DNA of 64,000 bases from an uncultured Planctomycetota bacterium (GTDB taxonomy: Bacteria; Planctomycetota; Planctomycetia; Isosphaerales; Isosphaeraceae): contig CAWGMQ010000004.1 of NCBI GenBank assembly GCA_963823665.1, positions 1,600,001 to 1,664,000 on the forward strand. Direction: 5' to 3'. This document shows, in pieces, positions 39,520-50,869 of the stretch. The notes beneath the pieces are model-generated. The model did no database searches. It was not told the origin of the DNA and saw nothing but the letters and a program-made list of their open reading frames with translations. Made by a program: the position numbers and the translations under genes. Positions within the stretch are counted from its first letter, which is position 1, and the number at the start of each line of letters is the position of its first letter.

Positions 39520-41720
39520 GTGGACGCGACCAGAACGCCCGCCAGCTCCGATGCGAGCTGGCTGGCAGCCGGAGCGGTAATCGTCGTTCACGGCGTGGGA
39601 AACCAGGAGCGCGGGGCGACGCTCACGACGCTCATGCAAGCGATCGGCAACCTGGCGCCGGGCGGCACCGGGAACGAGGTGGTCGCCCAGGGTGATGTCT
39701 TGGTGAAGCCATCCGACGAGCCTGACATGCCCCTTGGCTCCCCGCGCGCCGCGGCGAGTGCATCAGTGCCTATTGCCCGCACGCCGAGCTTCGATGGAGC
39801 GACGGCAAGACCTGTCGTTCGTTGCCGTGCTACGAGTTCTACTGGGCCAACGAGAGCCGGGTTGGTGACTCCATCTGGAACCAGGCTCGGAGCTACTGGC
39901 AAATCCTCGCGGGCCTGCCACGTCTCGGCCTGTACGCAATGGACGGCCCCGCCGGAAGCCGGCCGCGCTTGGTCGATAGCGCAGTGCGCTTCTTCTACAC
40001 GGTCGCCTGGGCGACTCTGGTGCCACGGCTCCTGCTTGGAATGCTCATGGGGGGATGTCGGCTTCGAGGCTACTCGACCGCATTCATCGCACTTTATTAC
40101 CCGTTTGCCTGGGTCGACGTTATCCGCACTTGGGCTGACGTGTTGTTCATTCTCACGCTGGCAGTGTGGTGGCTATGGACGCCCCGGCGAGACAGGGAGA
40201 TTCTTGGCCAAGTCGCGACAACGGCCCTTCTCGCACTGACCGCAGGCACCATCCTCTCCGACTTGGTCCCCCTCGGCATTCGTTTCGATCCGTTCAAACA
40301 CTTCGAGCTCCTGCTCCGGTTCATACGGGGCGAGTTCATCCCGCCCCCTGAGCATTTTGATCCTGGCTCGTACGACCCACGCTCGCTCTACGTGTTCAAC
40401 ACCGTCACGGGCCTGCTGTGGATGCTCGGCTACGCACTGATCCTGCTCGGGATTGTATGCGCGAGCTTAAGCTCGTTCGCCGCCTGGCTGCGTCGCCGGC
40501 TTCAAGGTCCGCGGCCGGGAGGGGCCGACCACACGATCGACGCTCAGACGAGAGTTGCCACCGGCTGGTGGCTTGGCGTGGGCTTCGTCGTGCTGGTTCT
40601 TCACCCGCTCGCCTTCATTCACGATTGGAGCTTGAAGGAACGCGATCGCGCGTCGTGGACCCTCTTGACATTTCATTTCATACCCGAAGACATGTACGAT
40701 CTGCGTTTGATATCCTGGAAAGATGGCAGGGGAGTGACGACTTCGGGCAAGAGCCTGGTGATCGTTGGCCCCGATAACGACCGATTGCTCCACATTCGTA
40801 TCTTCAACGCCGATGGCGATCTCGTCACGGACACCGACGAGAAGAAACTACTTACTCAACAGGGTGCGGCAACCACGGAACGGAAGAAGCAACAAGATGC
40901 AGAAATCTCTGCACTCAAGAAGCAGGTCGCGATCCTGTTGACGCGGCGTGCTCTGAGCAACGACGAGAAGGCCCAGATTCTCACCGAGGCGACGTCACTC
41001 GTCGGCCAGAATCCCGCGGTCAATGTTGATAAATTAGATATTTACATTTATCACATTTCAAATCAAATCTATCGCATATTTGAATTCATACTCAATCTTA
41101 TAATCGTACCCATATCCCTTGTCTCCTTTCTACTTTTAACGTCTTCGCATGTGAGGCAGATGTTGACACCAATCCTGGAATTGGCGCTCGACGTTCTGAA
41201 CTACCTGCCGCCCCGCCGATTCATCGACTCCTGGTCCGTTTCGCGATTCTTGCTCGGGGGAAGGCGCAGCACTCGGCGACCGAGGCTGGACGAGGTACTT
41301 GACGCCCGCCTTCGTACGTTGATTGCATTGGCGGCGGAACGGCACGGTGAGCCGGTGCGATTGGTGGCGCACAGTCTGGGGGCAATTATCGCGCTCTCCG
41401 CTGTCGATAACTGGCCCGGGCCCGGCCGCATAGTCGACCTGACGACCATGGGCAACCCCCTCATGCTCCTGGCTGAGCGGTTTCCGTACATCTACGGTCG
41501 GGCGCGATCCGACGGCGGACACCGCAACACGCCAGCCGTCCGCCGCTGGCGTAACTATTACTATAACCAGGACCTGATCGGTCGCAGCCTCGACCGACAG
41601 CTCACAGTCCCCGCCGGTGCTTCTCACGTGAAGTTCGAGCCCGACCTCTCGCTCGGCGACGGTACTCACACCGACTATTTCGGCGACCCACGTTTCGCCG
41701 CGCGGGTTTTATCAGTGTGA
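39520..41720 (+). CDS. Multi-TM membrane protein with split alpha/beta-hydrolase domain (apparent frameshift ~39800)
   Basis: N-terminal VIVVHGVGNQ, then YEFYWA, several hydrophobic helices, C-terminal VAHSLG, LTTMGNPL, WRNYY..QDLIG, HTDYF. Confidence 0.7.
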
Positions 41721-42899
41721 CGGATTCGACGGCTGCGCCGGAACTATGGCCCGTTTTGGTGTCGGTCGCAAGAGGCGTCGTAAGAGCCTGTCCAAGAGTG
41801 CGTCGCTTGGTGTCAATGCGAGCGGAGCCTGCCCTGATGCCGTCTGAATCAACCGAGATATCGGGACCACGCGGCGGAAGTCATTAGGGGCGTCCAGCAT
41901 GGCCGGTGCAGGTTGCGCAGATGGCGGTGCGAGTTTGCCCGGAGCCTGCGGGACCGCCTTGGGAAGTTCCGGGACCTGTCCCGGCGCGATTCCCTGATCC
42001 ACAGCCGCTGGCGGCATCGATACCGGCCCGACGACCTTCGGAAGCAGGTCTCGGGATCGATCGAGTAGCTGTTTCGTCGTAGCTTCCGTTTCCAGCCGCA
42101 CTCGATCGGCGCTGGTGACAATCGCCCCGGAGGACCACCACAGACGGATGTCGCCGACGTCGTCCTTTTCTTCCGCATCCCGCTCGAGCTCCATGACCAT
42201 CCATTGCACGAGATTGGTGTCGGGGTCGATCCAAATACCTACTGGGGGTCCCTGATCTCCCGCCTCTACACCCAGAGGTGCCTGTCCTCGCGGTTGAATG
42301 TCCACGACCCGCCAAAGGCGGTCATTGAAAACTGACTGGTAAGTGCGAATCCAGCTAGACTGCTGAGCGATCCGCGTCGGCGCGTCTGGTGCGGTCATCA
42401 ACGTCGCAAGGTACACGAGCAACTGAGGCCCTCCGACTTGAACAATCGCCATTTGCTCTGGATCAGGCGGCTTCGCCAGAGACCTGAGCGCGATCGCCGG
42501 CTGGGTCTCCACAGGCACAGGGCCCACAAAATCAGAGGCAATAAGTGGACTGAAGGGCTGGCTGGTGTTTTGATTGACCAGCGTCAGGCGCTCCTTATCG
42601 ACGGCCATGCCAGTTACTGTCGCATCCCACACCATCCGCTCCGACCGCACGAACCGCAGCGGTACCCGAGCGGTGACCTCATGCGGGACCCCTCGCTGGG
42701 AGTAAGTCAGTTTCAGCAGACCCTGATCGGCGTAAGCATCGATCTTCCGATAGGCTGCGGCAACTTCTTTAAGCCGCGTCTCCCCCGCCGAGCTCTGCGG
42801 TGCGGCAACCGGGACTTGGGCATCGACCCCCGAGCCGAGCGCCATCCACATCAAGGCGGCCGCTCCAACACCGCCCAGACCCATTGAATCCCGTCGCAT
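41712..42899 (-). CDS. Exported protein, LolA/DUF2092-like fold suspected
   Basis: Signal peptide (AAALMWMALGSGVDA); LKEVAAAYRKIDAYADQG; IWIDPDTNLV; Pro-rich tail. Confidence 0.6.
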   Translation of the reverse strand: MRRDSMGLGGVGAAALMWMALGSGVDAQVPVAAPQSSAGETRLKEVAAAYRKIDAYADQGLLKLTYSQRGVPHEVTARVPLRFVRSERMVWDATVTGMAVDKERLTLVNQNTSQPFSPLIASDFVGPVPVETQPAIALRSLAKPPDPEQMAIVQVGGPQLLVYLATLMTAPDAPTRIAQQSSWIRTYQSVFNDRLWRVVDIQPRGQAPLGVEAGDQGPPVGIWIDPDTNLVQWMVMELERDAEEKDDVGDIRLWWSSGAIVTSADRVRLETEATTKQLLDRSRDLLPKVVGPVSMPPAAVDQGIAPGQVPELPKAVPQAPGKLAPPSAQPAPAMLDAPNDFRRVVPISRLIQTASGQAPLALTPSDALLDRLLRRLLRPTPKRAIVPAQPSNPSH

Positions 42900-43147
42900 T
42901 GGCTGCCTCCGATCTCATAGTGATCTTCAGCGACGCTCCGCGCAATAGGAATCATCGCGCTCGACTGAGACAATATCGGTGAACAACGAGCTCCGCAAGC
43001 ATTGAGATGAAATGGGCATCCCTGGCTCACACGCGGCGCGGTAGGGCCTTCGAGCAAGCTGTTGGACTCGATCCTGGTGGGCAAGGCTCCGCAAAACTCA
43101 GGTGCGCCGGGCGGACACATGGCGCCCAAAGTCGAGTTTACTCATGC

Positions 43148-43951
43148 CTAATTATACTGCTGATCGTCCTGACTCTGCGCTCCCGAGTAGTTGACCAAGC
43201 CCTTCAGAACCACGATGACAGTCCCGGAACCTTGGCTGCCGGGCACGGGATGGGCGTCGGGAACATACTTGAAGGTGGCGATTCCGATCCCCATGTTCCA
43301 GTTATCGACACTCGTGGGCGGCCCGAGGCTCCCGGGCGAGCCCGGCGGAGGAGCCAGGGAACCCGACGCAGTGAAGTAATTCGCCGGGAAATTTGAGAAT
43401 CCCGGAAGAGTCGTTCCCGTTCCGGCAAACGCCGTGGACTGCGTCTGGTTGGCGTCGGGTATCCAGTAAAGACTGGTCGGCAAGCCGTTGACCTCCGTTC
43501 CGGTCGGCCCTCGTAGATCAAGAATCTGGAGCGACGAGTTCTGAAGAAAATTGCCGCCGACCAGGCTCATCACGCCAGTCACCGCTTGTCCCTTGTTCAC
43601 CGGCTCGGCGATCTGGTACTGAAAGTGGAACCTCCGCGAGACGTTGCTGGTCATCGGCTTGCCGTAGCCGTGAATGACAAGCGACTGCGTGTCGAACTGG
43701 CCCGGACCAATCGTGTACCGCCCGTAGCCCTTGGCGATGAACGACTCGCGCGACACTTCCGCCGCAGTGGGTTGTGGCGTGCCCGGCGGATAAAGAATCG
43801 GCACGAACTGCTGCACGTCTGGCGCGGGATAGTGCTTGCCCGGCAGCGCAGGTCCCAGCGGGTGCGACGAAGGGAGGTCGCGGCCTTCCAGACTTTCCAG
43901 TCCTGGGCGGCACCGCCGCGTCGCGCGGATGGACGGGCTTTGCGGACGCAT
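43148..43951 (-). CDS. Exported protein of unknown function, paralog 1 of 3
   Basis: RRCRPGLESLEGRDLPS; family motifs shared with the two upstream genes; GAGGGGGAG RBS. Confidence 0.8.
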   Translation of the reverse strand: MRPQSPSIRATRRCRPGLESLEGRDLPSSHPLGPALPGKHYPAPDVQQFVPILYPPGTPQPTAAEVSRESFIAKGYGRYTIGPGQFDTQSLVIHGYGKPMTSNVSRRFHFQYQIAEPVNKGQAVTGVMSLVGGNFLQNSSLQILDLRGPTGTEVNGLPTSLYWIPDANQTQSTAFAGTGTTLPGFSNFPANYFTASGSLAPPPGSPGSLGPPTSVDNWNMGIGIATFKYVPDAHPVPGSQGSGTVIVVLKGLVNYSGAQSQDDQQYN

Positions 43952-44017
43952 GGATTTGACGCTCCCCCTCATCTTTTTCTTACCGGGGGCCGAGCCCCGA
44001 ATCAGACGGACACGCGG

Positions 44018-44758
44018 CTACGAAATCAACTTGGAAACCGGGCTCACAAGTCGACTTCCATTGATCAAGCCCTGGAACGTGATTATGACCTTGCCCGAGC
44101 CCTGCGTTCCGGGCAGCGGATGGGCGTCCGGCATCCATTTGAGATCCAGCGTTCCCGTGCCCTGGGTGAAGCCCACCGGCGCGGCGTACGTTCCTGCACT
44201 CGTGTTGAAGTCGTAGGTCCAGCTCAAATGCGTCGGCAGAGCAAGCGAGCCTGAGCCTGATGTCGACGTGCCGTTCAAGTCGAGCACCAGCACGCTGCTC
44301 GACTGAAGAATGTTTTCGGGAAAGAGACCGGCCACGCCGGTCAACTGATTGGCAAACGGATCGCCGGGAGTTGCTGTTGCACTCGGATCAGCCGGCGGAA
44401 ACAATTCCAAATTGAATTTGCCCTTGAGAAACTGATCGGACCCACCCGCGACGCCGTAGGCGTGGATCGTGCTCGCTCTGTCCGAAAAGCGAGCCGGCCC
44501 AATTGTGTATTGACCGATCCAGCGCGCGACGAAAAGCTGTCGGTGGACCGCGGCGGGAGTGGGTGTCATCGGCGTCTGCGAGTTCGGTCCGTACAGCAAC
44601 TGCACGGCCTGCTGAATGACGGCGGGATTCGGCAGACCCGCAGCGATAGGGTGCGCAGCTTGGGAAACGACATGCGAGAGCAGGTCGCGGCTTTCCAGGC
44701 CCTCGACTAGAGGACGGCATCGCCGTTTGAAGCCCTCACCCGCGAACTCTCGACGCAT
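44018..44758 (-). CDS. Exported protein of unknown function, paralog 2 of 3
   Basis: AAGGAG RBS; KRRCRPLVEGLESRDLLS; GQYTIGPARFS, LFPPADPSAT, NILQS, PDAHPLPGTQGSG, QGLIN. Confidence 0.8.
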   Translation of the reverse strand: MRREFAGEGFKRRCRPLVEGLESRDLLSHVVSQAAHPIAAGLPNPAVIQQAVQLLYGPNSQTPMTPTPAAVHRQLFVARWIGQYTIGPARFSDRASTIHAYGVAGGSDQFLKGKFNLELFPPADPSATATPGDPFANQLTGVAGLFPENILQSSSVLVLDLNGTSTSGSGSLALPTHLSWTYDFNTSAGTYAAPVGFTQGTGTLDLKWMPDAHPLPGTQGSGKVIITFQGLINGSRLVSPVSKLIS

Positions 44759-44808
44759 CGAACAACCACTCCTTCCCGCACATGAGGAACCCCGCGGCCA
44801 AACGTCGT

Positions 44809-45836
44809 CTAATTGATTCCCTTGTAGAGCGGGTTGAGCACGCCCGTGAGATTGATCAATCCCTGCATTCGCACCAGGACAGTGCCTGACTCGATGCGCA
44901 CCTGAGTGCCGGCGATTATCGGGCTGGTACTTGATGTCGATGATCCCCGCTCCCTGATTGAACGCGACCGCTCCACCCGAGCCGCCGGTGAGAGATAGCG
45001 CCTGCTCCGGTCGCGGGGTCGGTGATTGTCGGGGGCGTCGTCGTGTACTGGGGCGTCGAATACGTGCCGCCGGAAACGCCGCCGGGGTCGATCTGGAACG
45101 CGAGGTGCGAGGGCAGCCCATGATCGAGCGTGCTGGGATCATTGCTCGCGACTCCAGGCACGTTGCTCGCCTCGGCGAAAAGTACCGACCCGGATTGGAG
45201 AATGTTCGCGGCAAAAAGCGAAATCAAGCCGACGGTTTGACCGGCGACCGGATCCTCGGTCGTCGGCGTTGCGCTCGGATCGGCCGGCGGAAACAGCAGG
45301 ACCTGGCCTCGTCCGGTGAGGAATTGATTTGATGTCACGTCCCGGCCGTTGCTGAAAATGTGAATGGTCGCCGACTGGTTGGAAAACCGCGGCGGTCCAA
45401 CCGAGTAATGCCCGACAAACTCAACCCAGAATGTCTCGCGACGGATCTCGGCCTGAGACGGTTGAGGAACCGAATACGTGCCGGGTGGGAAGATCTGATT
45501 GCCGACCGAGATCGACTGCGTCGTCGTGATCGGGGCGTAAAGCTGGCCCGCGAGCGAGTTCAAGAACGCTGGATCCACCCAGGACGGCGTCGCAGCGGCC
45601 TGCGCACGCGACGCCGGGTTGAGCCCGGCCTCGGTCTGGACTCGGCTGCTCGTCACGGCATGGCCTGCTGACGAGCTCGATAGCACGCCCGCGGGCTTTT
45701 CGACCATCAGGTTCAAGCTCGGCTCGGCCGGCCGGTGCTTGCTCGATGGCTCGACTTGCACCGCCACCGCCGAAGGCAGGTCGCGACCCTCAAGCCGTTC
45801 GAGGTCTGGCAGGTATCGGCTTGGTCGATGGTACAT
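44809..45836 (-). CDS. Exported protein of unknown function, paralog 3 of 3 (apparent frameshifts ~45010 and ~44895)
   Basis: LPDLERLEGRDLPS; GHYSVGPPRFS, LFPPADPSAT, NILQS; homologous tail IESGTVLVRMQGLINLTGVLNPLYKGIN-stop read manually in another frame, ending at 44809. Confidence 0.75.
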
Positions 45837-45885
45837 GGTCGAAAAGCCCTTCGCCCCCCGGTTCTCGCTCCCACAGTCTCCGAGA

Positions 45886-47494
45886 CTAAGGCATCAGCCG
45901 CTCGCCGACGGCCGTGTTCAGGTCGAGAATCGCGTTGCGATGGCGGATCAGAGCGTCGAAATACGCATGGACGAACTCGTTGTAATCCTGCTGAGCATCG
46001 AGATATTCGTCCATGCCGATTTCACCCCCCATCATCCGCCGTTGCGCCGTGTCTCGCACTTCCTTGGCCGGCGGCAGGATCTCTGTCCGGAACTGCGCAA
46101 CGGCGACCTTGCTCTGTTCTAGCTCTTGAGCAGCGTTCAAGACATCGCTCACGACCACCCGCTCAGCGCTCGCGACTTGAACTGCGGATTGGTGAATATT
46201 GATCTTGGCCCGGGTCACGTTTCCCTGGTTCCGGTTATAAAGCGGGATCGACGCGGTCAGGCCCAGCGTCCAGGAATACGCGCTCGGAACGCCCAGGTAC
46301 GTGTTGTTCTGGAAGGTATAGGGTTGATAGAGGACGAACACATCGGGGTAGGCATTCGCCTTCGCCAGCTTCAAATCGGCCTCGGCACGGCGAACTCCGT
46401 ACTTCCAGGCCAGAAGGTCCGGCCGCTTCTCGATAGCTTTCTTGATCAGCTCCTTCGGCGGCATCGGCAGCCCCTGAAGGATGCCCAACCGGGTCGAGCA
46501 CGTCGATCGAATCCACTTCCTCGAGCGGCAGGTTCAGAATGAGTGCAAACGCACGATTCGCCTTGATCTTGGCCTGCTGCGCATTCTTGACGTTCAGCTC
46601 AGCTTTCTGAACGTTGGCCCTCACCGCCAGATAATCAGCAGGTTTGACGCTCCCTTCCTTCAATCGCACACGTGCAACCGCCTCCAGCTTGACGAGCGCA
46701 TTTCGAGATGCCTCCGTCAGCCGTAGTGTGAGCCCGGCCTGGACAACGCCGACATGGTACGTATAGAGGTTATCGATCTGGTTCCGAATCGCGTCCTGAA
46801 GCTGTGCCTCCACCGCGCTTTTGGCCTCTCGGGCCGATCGCGTCCGCGCCAGCCTCTTGAAGCTCAAGTCGAGAGGGTAATTGATGTTGATGTCGCTTTG
46901 CGGAGGGCCACCCGGCCTCAGAAACGAAAAGTGGCCGTACGGAATGAGCTGAGTATCCGCGTAAAAGATCGGGTTGGCGCGCAGGTTCGCCGTCAAGATG
47001 TCTGCTTCCGACATCGGCACTTCGAGCCTGGCCGCCAGCAGATCCAGGTTCTGCCGCACGAGCTGCTCGATCGACGCATCGAGAGTCATGCCGCCGGCGC
47101 CCTTGGCTAGAGGATAGTTCACAATGTCCACCGGCAGATCCAGCCCCTCGGCCATCTGCGGGGTCTCGAGCGGCGCCGCATTCTGCTTGATCGTCTGCTG
47201 GGCTCCCACGCCGATAAACACAGGCACGCCTGGTGTTGTCAGTGAGCTCGCCGGCACGTGAGCTCCCCCAGGACCCGCCCGGCCGGAAAACGGCGCGTTC
47301 GAGGGCGACCCGAAGTCGGGAAAGTTCGCCGCCCCCAGCGGTTGCCCAACCGCGCTCGCGCCACCTGCGGCGCCCGGTGGAGAGCCGACGTCGAACTGCG
47401 GCCCCTGGCCTCGGGCCGTGGCCGCCGCCAGCAGCAGGATCGCTACCGACGCGGCACCGCTGAAACGTGCAAGTCCGGTCCGGAGGTCCCTCAT
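45886..47494 (-). CDS. TolC-family (CzcC-like) outer membrane efflux protein (apparent frameshift ~46485)
   Basis: Signal peptide; LDASIEQLVRQNLDLLA...ADILTANLRANP; RPDL...AKANAYPD...SIPLYNRNQGN...YLDAQ...LNTAVG. Confidence 0.85.
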
Positions 47495-47788
47495 TCGTAT
47501 TCCTCGCCGCCGCCCATCGCTCTCACGACGGTTCCGGCGTACGTCAACGAAAATGATGGGTTTCGCCCAAAACAATACGCCGCAACTCGCTGGCTTCACT
47601 ATTTCTACGCTTTCCAAGCCGTAGGATGGAAAGCCGGTTCGATCGATACCTGAGACCCCGATCGAACCGCCGAAGCGCATTGTCTTCGAATGTTACATCG
47701 GCCCTCTCTGCGCCAAACTCCACCCGATTATCGGGAAAACGCGCAAACTCAGCGCATTCGATAAATTCGATTCAACCCGCATCTTCCA

Positions 47789-48553
47789 CTACTGATCGTG
47801 GGAAAAGGCCAACATCTGAGACAGCCCGATCAGAACCAGATCCGGCTCGATGCGGGCCTCATTTCCTGCCACCGCACGCGCAAGCATCGGCGCGTCGCCG
47901 CCGGTCCAGATCACCCATGAATCGTTTCCAAGGTCGGCCGTCTGTCGAAGCAGGAGCTCGCGCACCGCACCGACGGTGCCCCAGTAGACGCCCGCTTCGA
48001 CGGCCGGACGCGTCGACGCCCCCCAGTGAGGAGGTGTCTGGTGCAGCGCGACCAGCGGCAATTGCGCGGTTTGATGGTGCAGGGCTCGGGCATTGACGGA
48101 GAGCCCCGGCGCAATCGCGCCGCCTTGCCAAATTCCCTGCTTCGAGATCCGCTCGAATGTGATCGCGGTGCCGCAGGATATCACGACTCCCGGCCGGCCC
48201 GCAGGTGCGAGCCCGATCGCCGCGGCCACGGCCAGCGCGCGGTCCGCGCCTGCCGTCTCGGGCTCGATCAGCTCGTTTCGCACGGGAACGTCGCCCGCCG
48301 ATCGAAACCATCGGGCATTGGCGTTGCTCTGTCCGTTCAGGAACGATTGCAGCCGTTCGGCCAGCGGCGGATTCACTGACGAAATGGCCCAATCCGATGG
48401 CGTTCCGGCGGGGCGGTTCCACTTTTCCCAGGCCGCGGCCCAGGCCGCCGAGTCGTCGAGCGACAAGGCGATTGACTCAGCCAGTTGCCCGGTCTGATCG
48501 AGGCGCCCCCACTTGAGCCGGGAGTTTCCCACGTCCGCCACGATCCGCAGCAT
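47789..48553 (-). CDS. coaX: Type III pantothenate kinase
   Basis: DVGNSRLKWG, SSVN, GADR, CGTAIT, GGAIAPG, TGGDA, PDLVLIGL. Confidence 0.95.
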   Translation of the reverse strand: MLRIVADVGNSRLKWGRLDQTGQLAESIALSLDDSAAWAAAWEKWNRPAGTPSDWAISSVNPPLAERLQSFLNGQSNANARWFRSAGDVPVRNELIEPETAGADRALAVAAAIGLAPAGRPGVVISCGTAITFERISKQGIWQGGAIAPGLSVNARALHHQTAQLPLVALHQTPPHWGASTRPAVEAGVYWGTVGAVRELLLRQTADLGNDSWVIWTGGDAPMLARAVAGNEARIEPDLVLIGLSQMLAFSHDQ

Positions 48554-48556
48554 GGG

Positions 48557-49612
48557 TCAGCCGCCCGCCGCCGGTGCGACCGTCGCCATCGGCGCGACTG
48601 GCGGCTCGTCCGAGCGCTGCTCATTCGACTGCGCGCCCAGCAACTCGATGATTCTGTGAATCAGTTGCGGAATCCCCCGGCCTGTAACGGCCGAGATTGC
48701 CAGCACTTGATCGCCCAGCTCGCCCTTGATTCGCGCGAAAGCGTCTTCCGCCTCGGTCACGTCCATCTTGGTCACGACGACCAGCTCCGGACGCTCCGCC
48801 AGCGGCTCGCTGTACTTGAAAAGCTCGTTTCGAATCGTGCGGTAATTCTCAACCGGGTCGGTGCCATCGAGCGGCACGGCTTCCACAAGATGGACCAGCA
48901 GCGAAGTTCGCTCGACATGACGCAGAAATTCGTGCCCGAGCCCCAGTCCAGCATGCGCGCCTTCGATCAGCCCGGGTATGTCTGCCACCACGAACGATTG
49001 GTCAAACGCCACGACCGACCCCAGATTCGGGTACTTGGTGGTGAATGGATAGTCGGCAATCTCGGGATGGGCCCGCGAGATGCGTGAGAGTAGCGTCGAC
49101 TTGCCGGCGTTGGGAAGTCCGATCAAGCCGGCGTCGGCGATGACCTTGAGCTCCATCGTGATCCATCGCTCTTCACCGGGATGACCTCTCTCGAATTGCC
49201 GCGGCGCCCGATTCGTCGACGATTTGAAATGAGCATTGCCATGCCCACCGCGGCCTCCTCGTCCCACGATCAATTCATCACCCGCGGACTGGAGGTCCCG
49301 CAGCACGTGGCCGCGCTCACGATCGCGAACGATCGTCCCCGGCGGCACCTCGATCACCAGGTCAATGCCGCCGCGCCCGAAGCAGTCCGACCCTTGCCCG
49401 TGCTCTCCGCGCTCGGCCTTCCAGTGACGCTGATGCGAAAGGTGGGCCAGGTTCGTGTGTCCGAGCGAGCCGCGAATGATCACGTTCCCGCCATGTCCGC
49501 CGTCGCCGCCGTTGGGGCCGCCTCGCGGCGCATATTTCTCACGCCGGAAGCTCAGGCAGCCGTCGCCCCCAGCCCCACCTTGAACGAATATCGCGACTCG
49601 ATCGACGAACAT
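48557..49612 (-). CDS. obgE: GTPase ObgE/CgtA
   Basis: MFVDR...FRREKYAPRGGPNGGDGG; GLPNAGKSTL; YPFTT; DIPGLIEGA; GLGHEFLRHVER; TKMD. Confidence 0.97.
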   Translation of the reverse strand: MFVDRVAIFVQGGAGGDGCLSFRREKYAPRGGPNGGDGGHGGNVIIRGSLGHTNLAHLSHQRHWKAERGEHGQGSDCFGRGGIDLVIEVPPGTIVRDRERGHVLRDLQSAGDELIVGRGGRGGHGNAHFKSSTNRAPRQFERGHPGEERWITMELKVIADAGLIGLPNAGKSTLLSRISRAHPEIADYPFTTKYPNLGSVVAFDQSFVVADIPGLIEGAHAGLGLGHEFLRHVERTSLLVHLVEAVPLDGTDPVENYRTIRNELFKYSEPLAERPELVVVTKMDVTEAEDAFARIKGELGDQVLAISAVTGRGIPQLIHRIIELLGAQSNEQRSDEPPVAPMATVAPAAGG

Positions 49613-49635
49613 GACCCTCTACCAATCCAGGCAGA

Positions 49636-49914
49636 TCAGCTCTGGGGCGTCGCCGGCATCGGTGCCGGCGCTAGCGGAAGAACGTTGATGCGCCGTCCGT
49701 TTTGATCGAAATGAACCTTGCCGGCGATCAGTGAGTAGATGGTCCAATCGCGCCCGACACCGACGTTCTTCCCGGGCCGCCATGACGTGCCACGCTGCCG
49801 GCAGAGGATGCTTCCCGGCTTGGCAAACTCGCCGCCAAAAAGCTTGATTCCCCACATCTGAGGATTCGAGTCGCGACCGTTTCGACTCGAGCCCTGTCCT
49901 TTTTTATGTGCCAT
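49636..49914 (-). CDS. rpmA: 50S ribosomal protein L27
   Basis: [16 protein letters not shown]...RQRGT...[10 protein letters not shown]; short Pro-rich C-terminal tail. Confidence 0.97.
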   Translation of the reverse strand: MAHKKGQGSSRNGRDSNPQMWGIKLFGGEFAKPGSILCRQRGTSWRPGKNVGVGRDWTIYSLIAGKVHFDQNGRRINVLPLAPAPMPATPQS

Positions 49915-50122
49915 GAGACGAGCGTCCTGGAGCGTGCGTAGTTCAAATCGCGCGGCGCCAGCGAGGATCAAGCGTCCGGCCGACCCAAACGGGGGAATTG
50001 TTTACCCACCCCGCGCGTGATCAATCACTTCGAATCAAACAGGATAACGAACAATTCGACCACTGAGCAAGAGCGGTTGTTTCGACCTCGTTTCGGTCCA
50101 GGCTGACTGCTTCCGGCGGAGC

Positions 50123-50683
50123 TCACTCCTCCGGCTGCTCGAAGATGCTGTCCAGCCGAGCGCGAAATCCGGGCAACACGTCCCCGCCCTCGAGCTCATC
50201 ACCCGGCGCAAGCACGCGGACATCAATCGGAGAACGGTACGCATAAATCTTGAGCTGACGTGGATAGACCACCCAGACGAGCCGCACGCCTACCCGGAAG
50301 TACTCCTCAAGCTTCTCAGCAACCTCGTCGGCTGTATTTGTCGTGCTCACAACTTCGATCGCAAGGTCGGGCACGACCGCCCAGGAGCGGGTTCGTGGAA
50401 CCTGTCGATTTCGAGCCCAACGCGCGAACGAGACGAACGCGACATCCGGCCGCCGCTCGCGATCGATTGTTGGGCGAAGGTCGAAGATCATTTCCTGTAC
50501 GGCTCGGCCAGATGAGTTGTCTCTGACGTATGGGTTCACAAGATCGTATATGACCTTAGCCAACCACACTTCGTACGCACCCATGGGTTTCTCCACGATG
50601 CGGCCATCGACGATTTCGTACAGTCCGTCGGGATCGCTCAGGATCTCGAGGCGATCCTCTTGGGTAGGCATGACCGTGGCCAT
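50123..50683 (-). CDS. Uma2 family endonuclease (PD-(D/E)XK)
   Basis: YEIVDGRIVEKPMG, RRPDVAFVS, PDLAIEVVS, YFRVGVRLVWVVYP, VLPGF. Confidence 0.9.
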   Translation of the reverse strand: MATVMPTQEDRLEILSDPDGLYEIVDGRIVEKPMGAYEVWLAKVIYDLVNPYVRDNSSGRAVQEMIFDLRPTIDRERRPDVAFVSFARWARNRQVPRTRSWAVVPDLAIEVVSTTNTADEVAEKLEEYFRVGVRLVWVVYPRQLKIYAYRSPIDVRVLAPGDELEGGDVLPGFRARLDSIFEQPEE

Positions 50684-50869
50684 GGTGTCTCTCCGTTCGC
50701 TCGAACCGGATCGTTCTCCAGCATCATTATTCTATCACTCGCGCGAAGTCCTCGCATTCGAACGGGCTGGACGCCATCCTGATGAATGCGAGCAACGAGT
50801 GGCGTACACACGTTTGTCTGGCTACGCTCAAACAGTATCGACCCCCGGCGGATGAAAGCGAGACAAACG

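Noticed and set aside
39244..40239. 331-aa ORF as a genuine fusion protein
   Set aside because: It joins an SH3-like domain, a hydrolase N-terminus and an out-of-frame tail; better explained by two indels.
49636..50120. Absence of rplU upstream of rpmA
   Set aside because: Gene-order variation only; nothing in the window suggests loss of function.
50123..50683. Uma2 nuclease as a restriction system
   Set aside because: Solitary, with no methyltransferase; the family is commonly expanded in planctomycetes.
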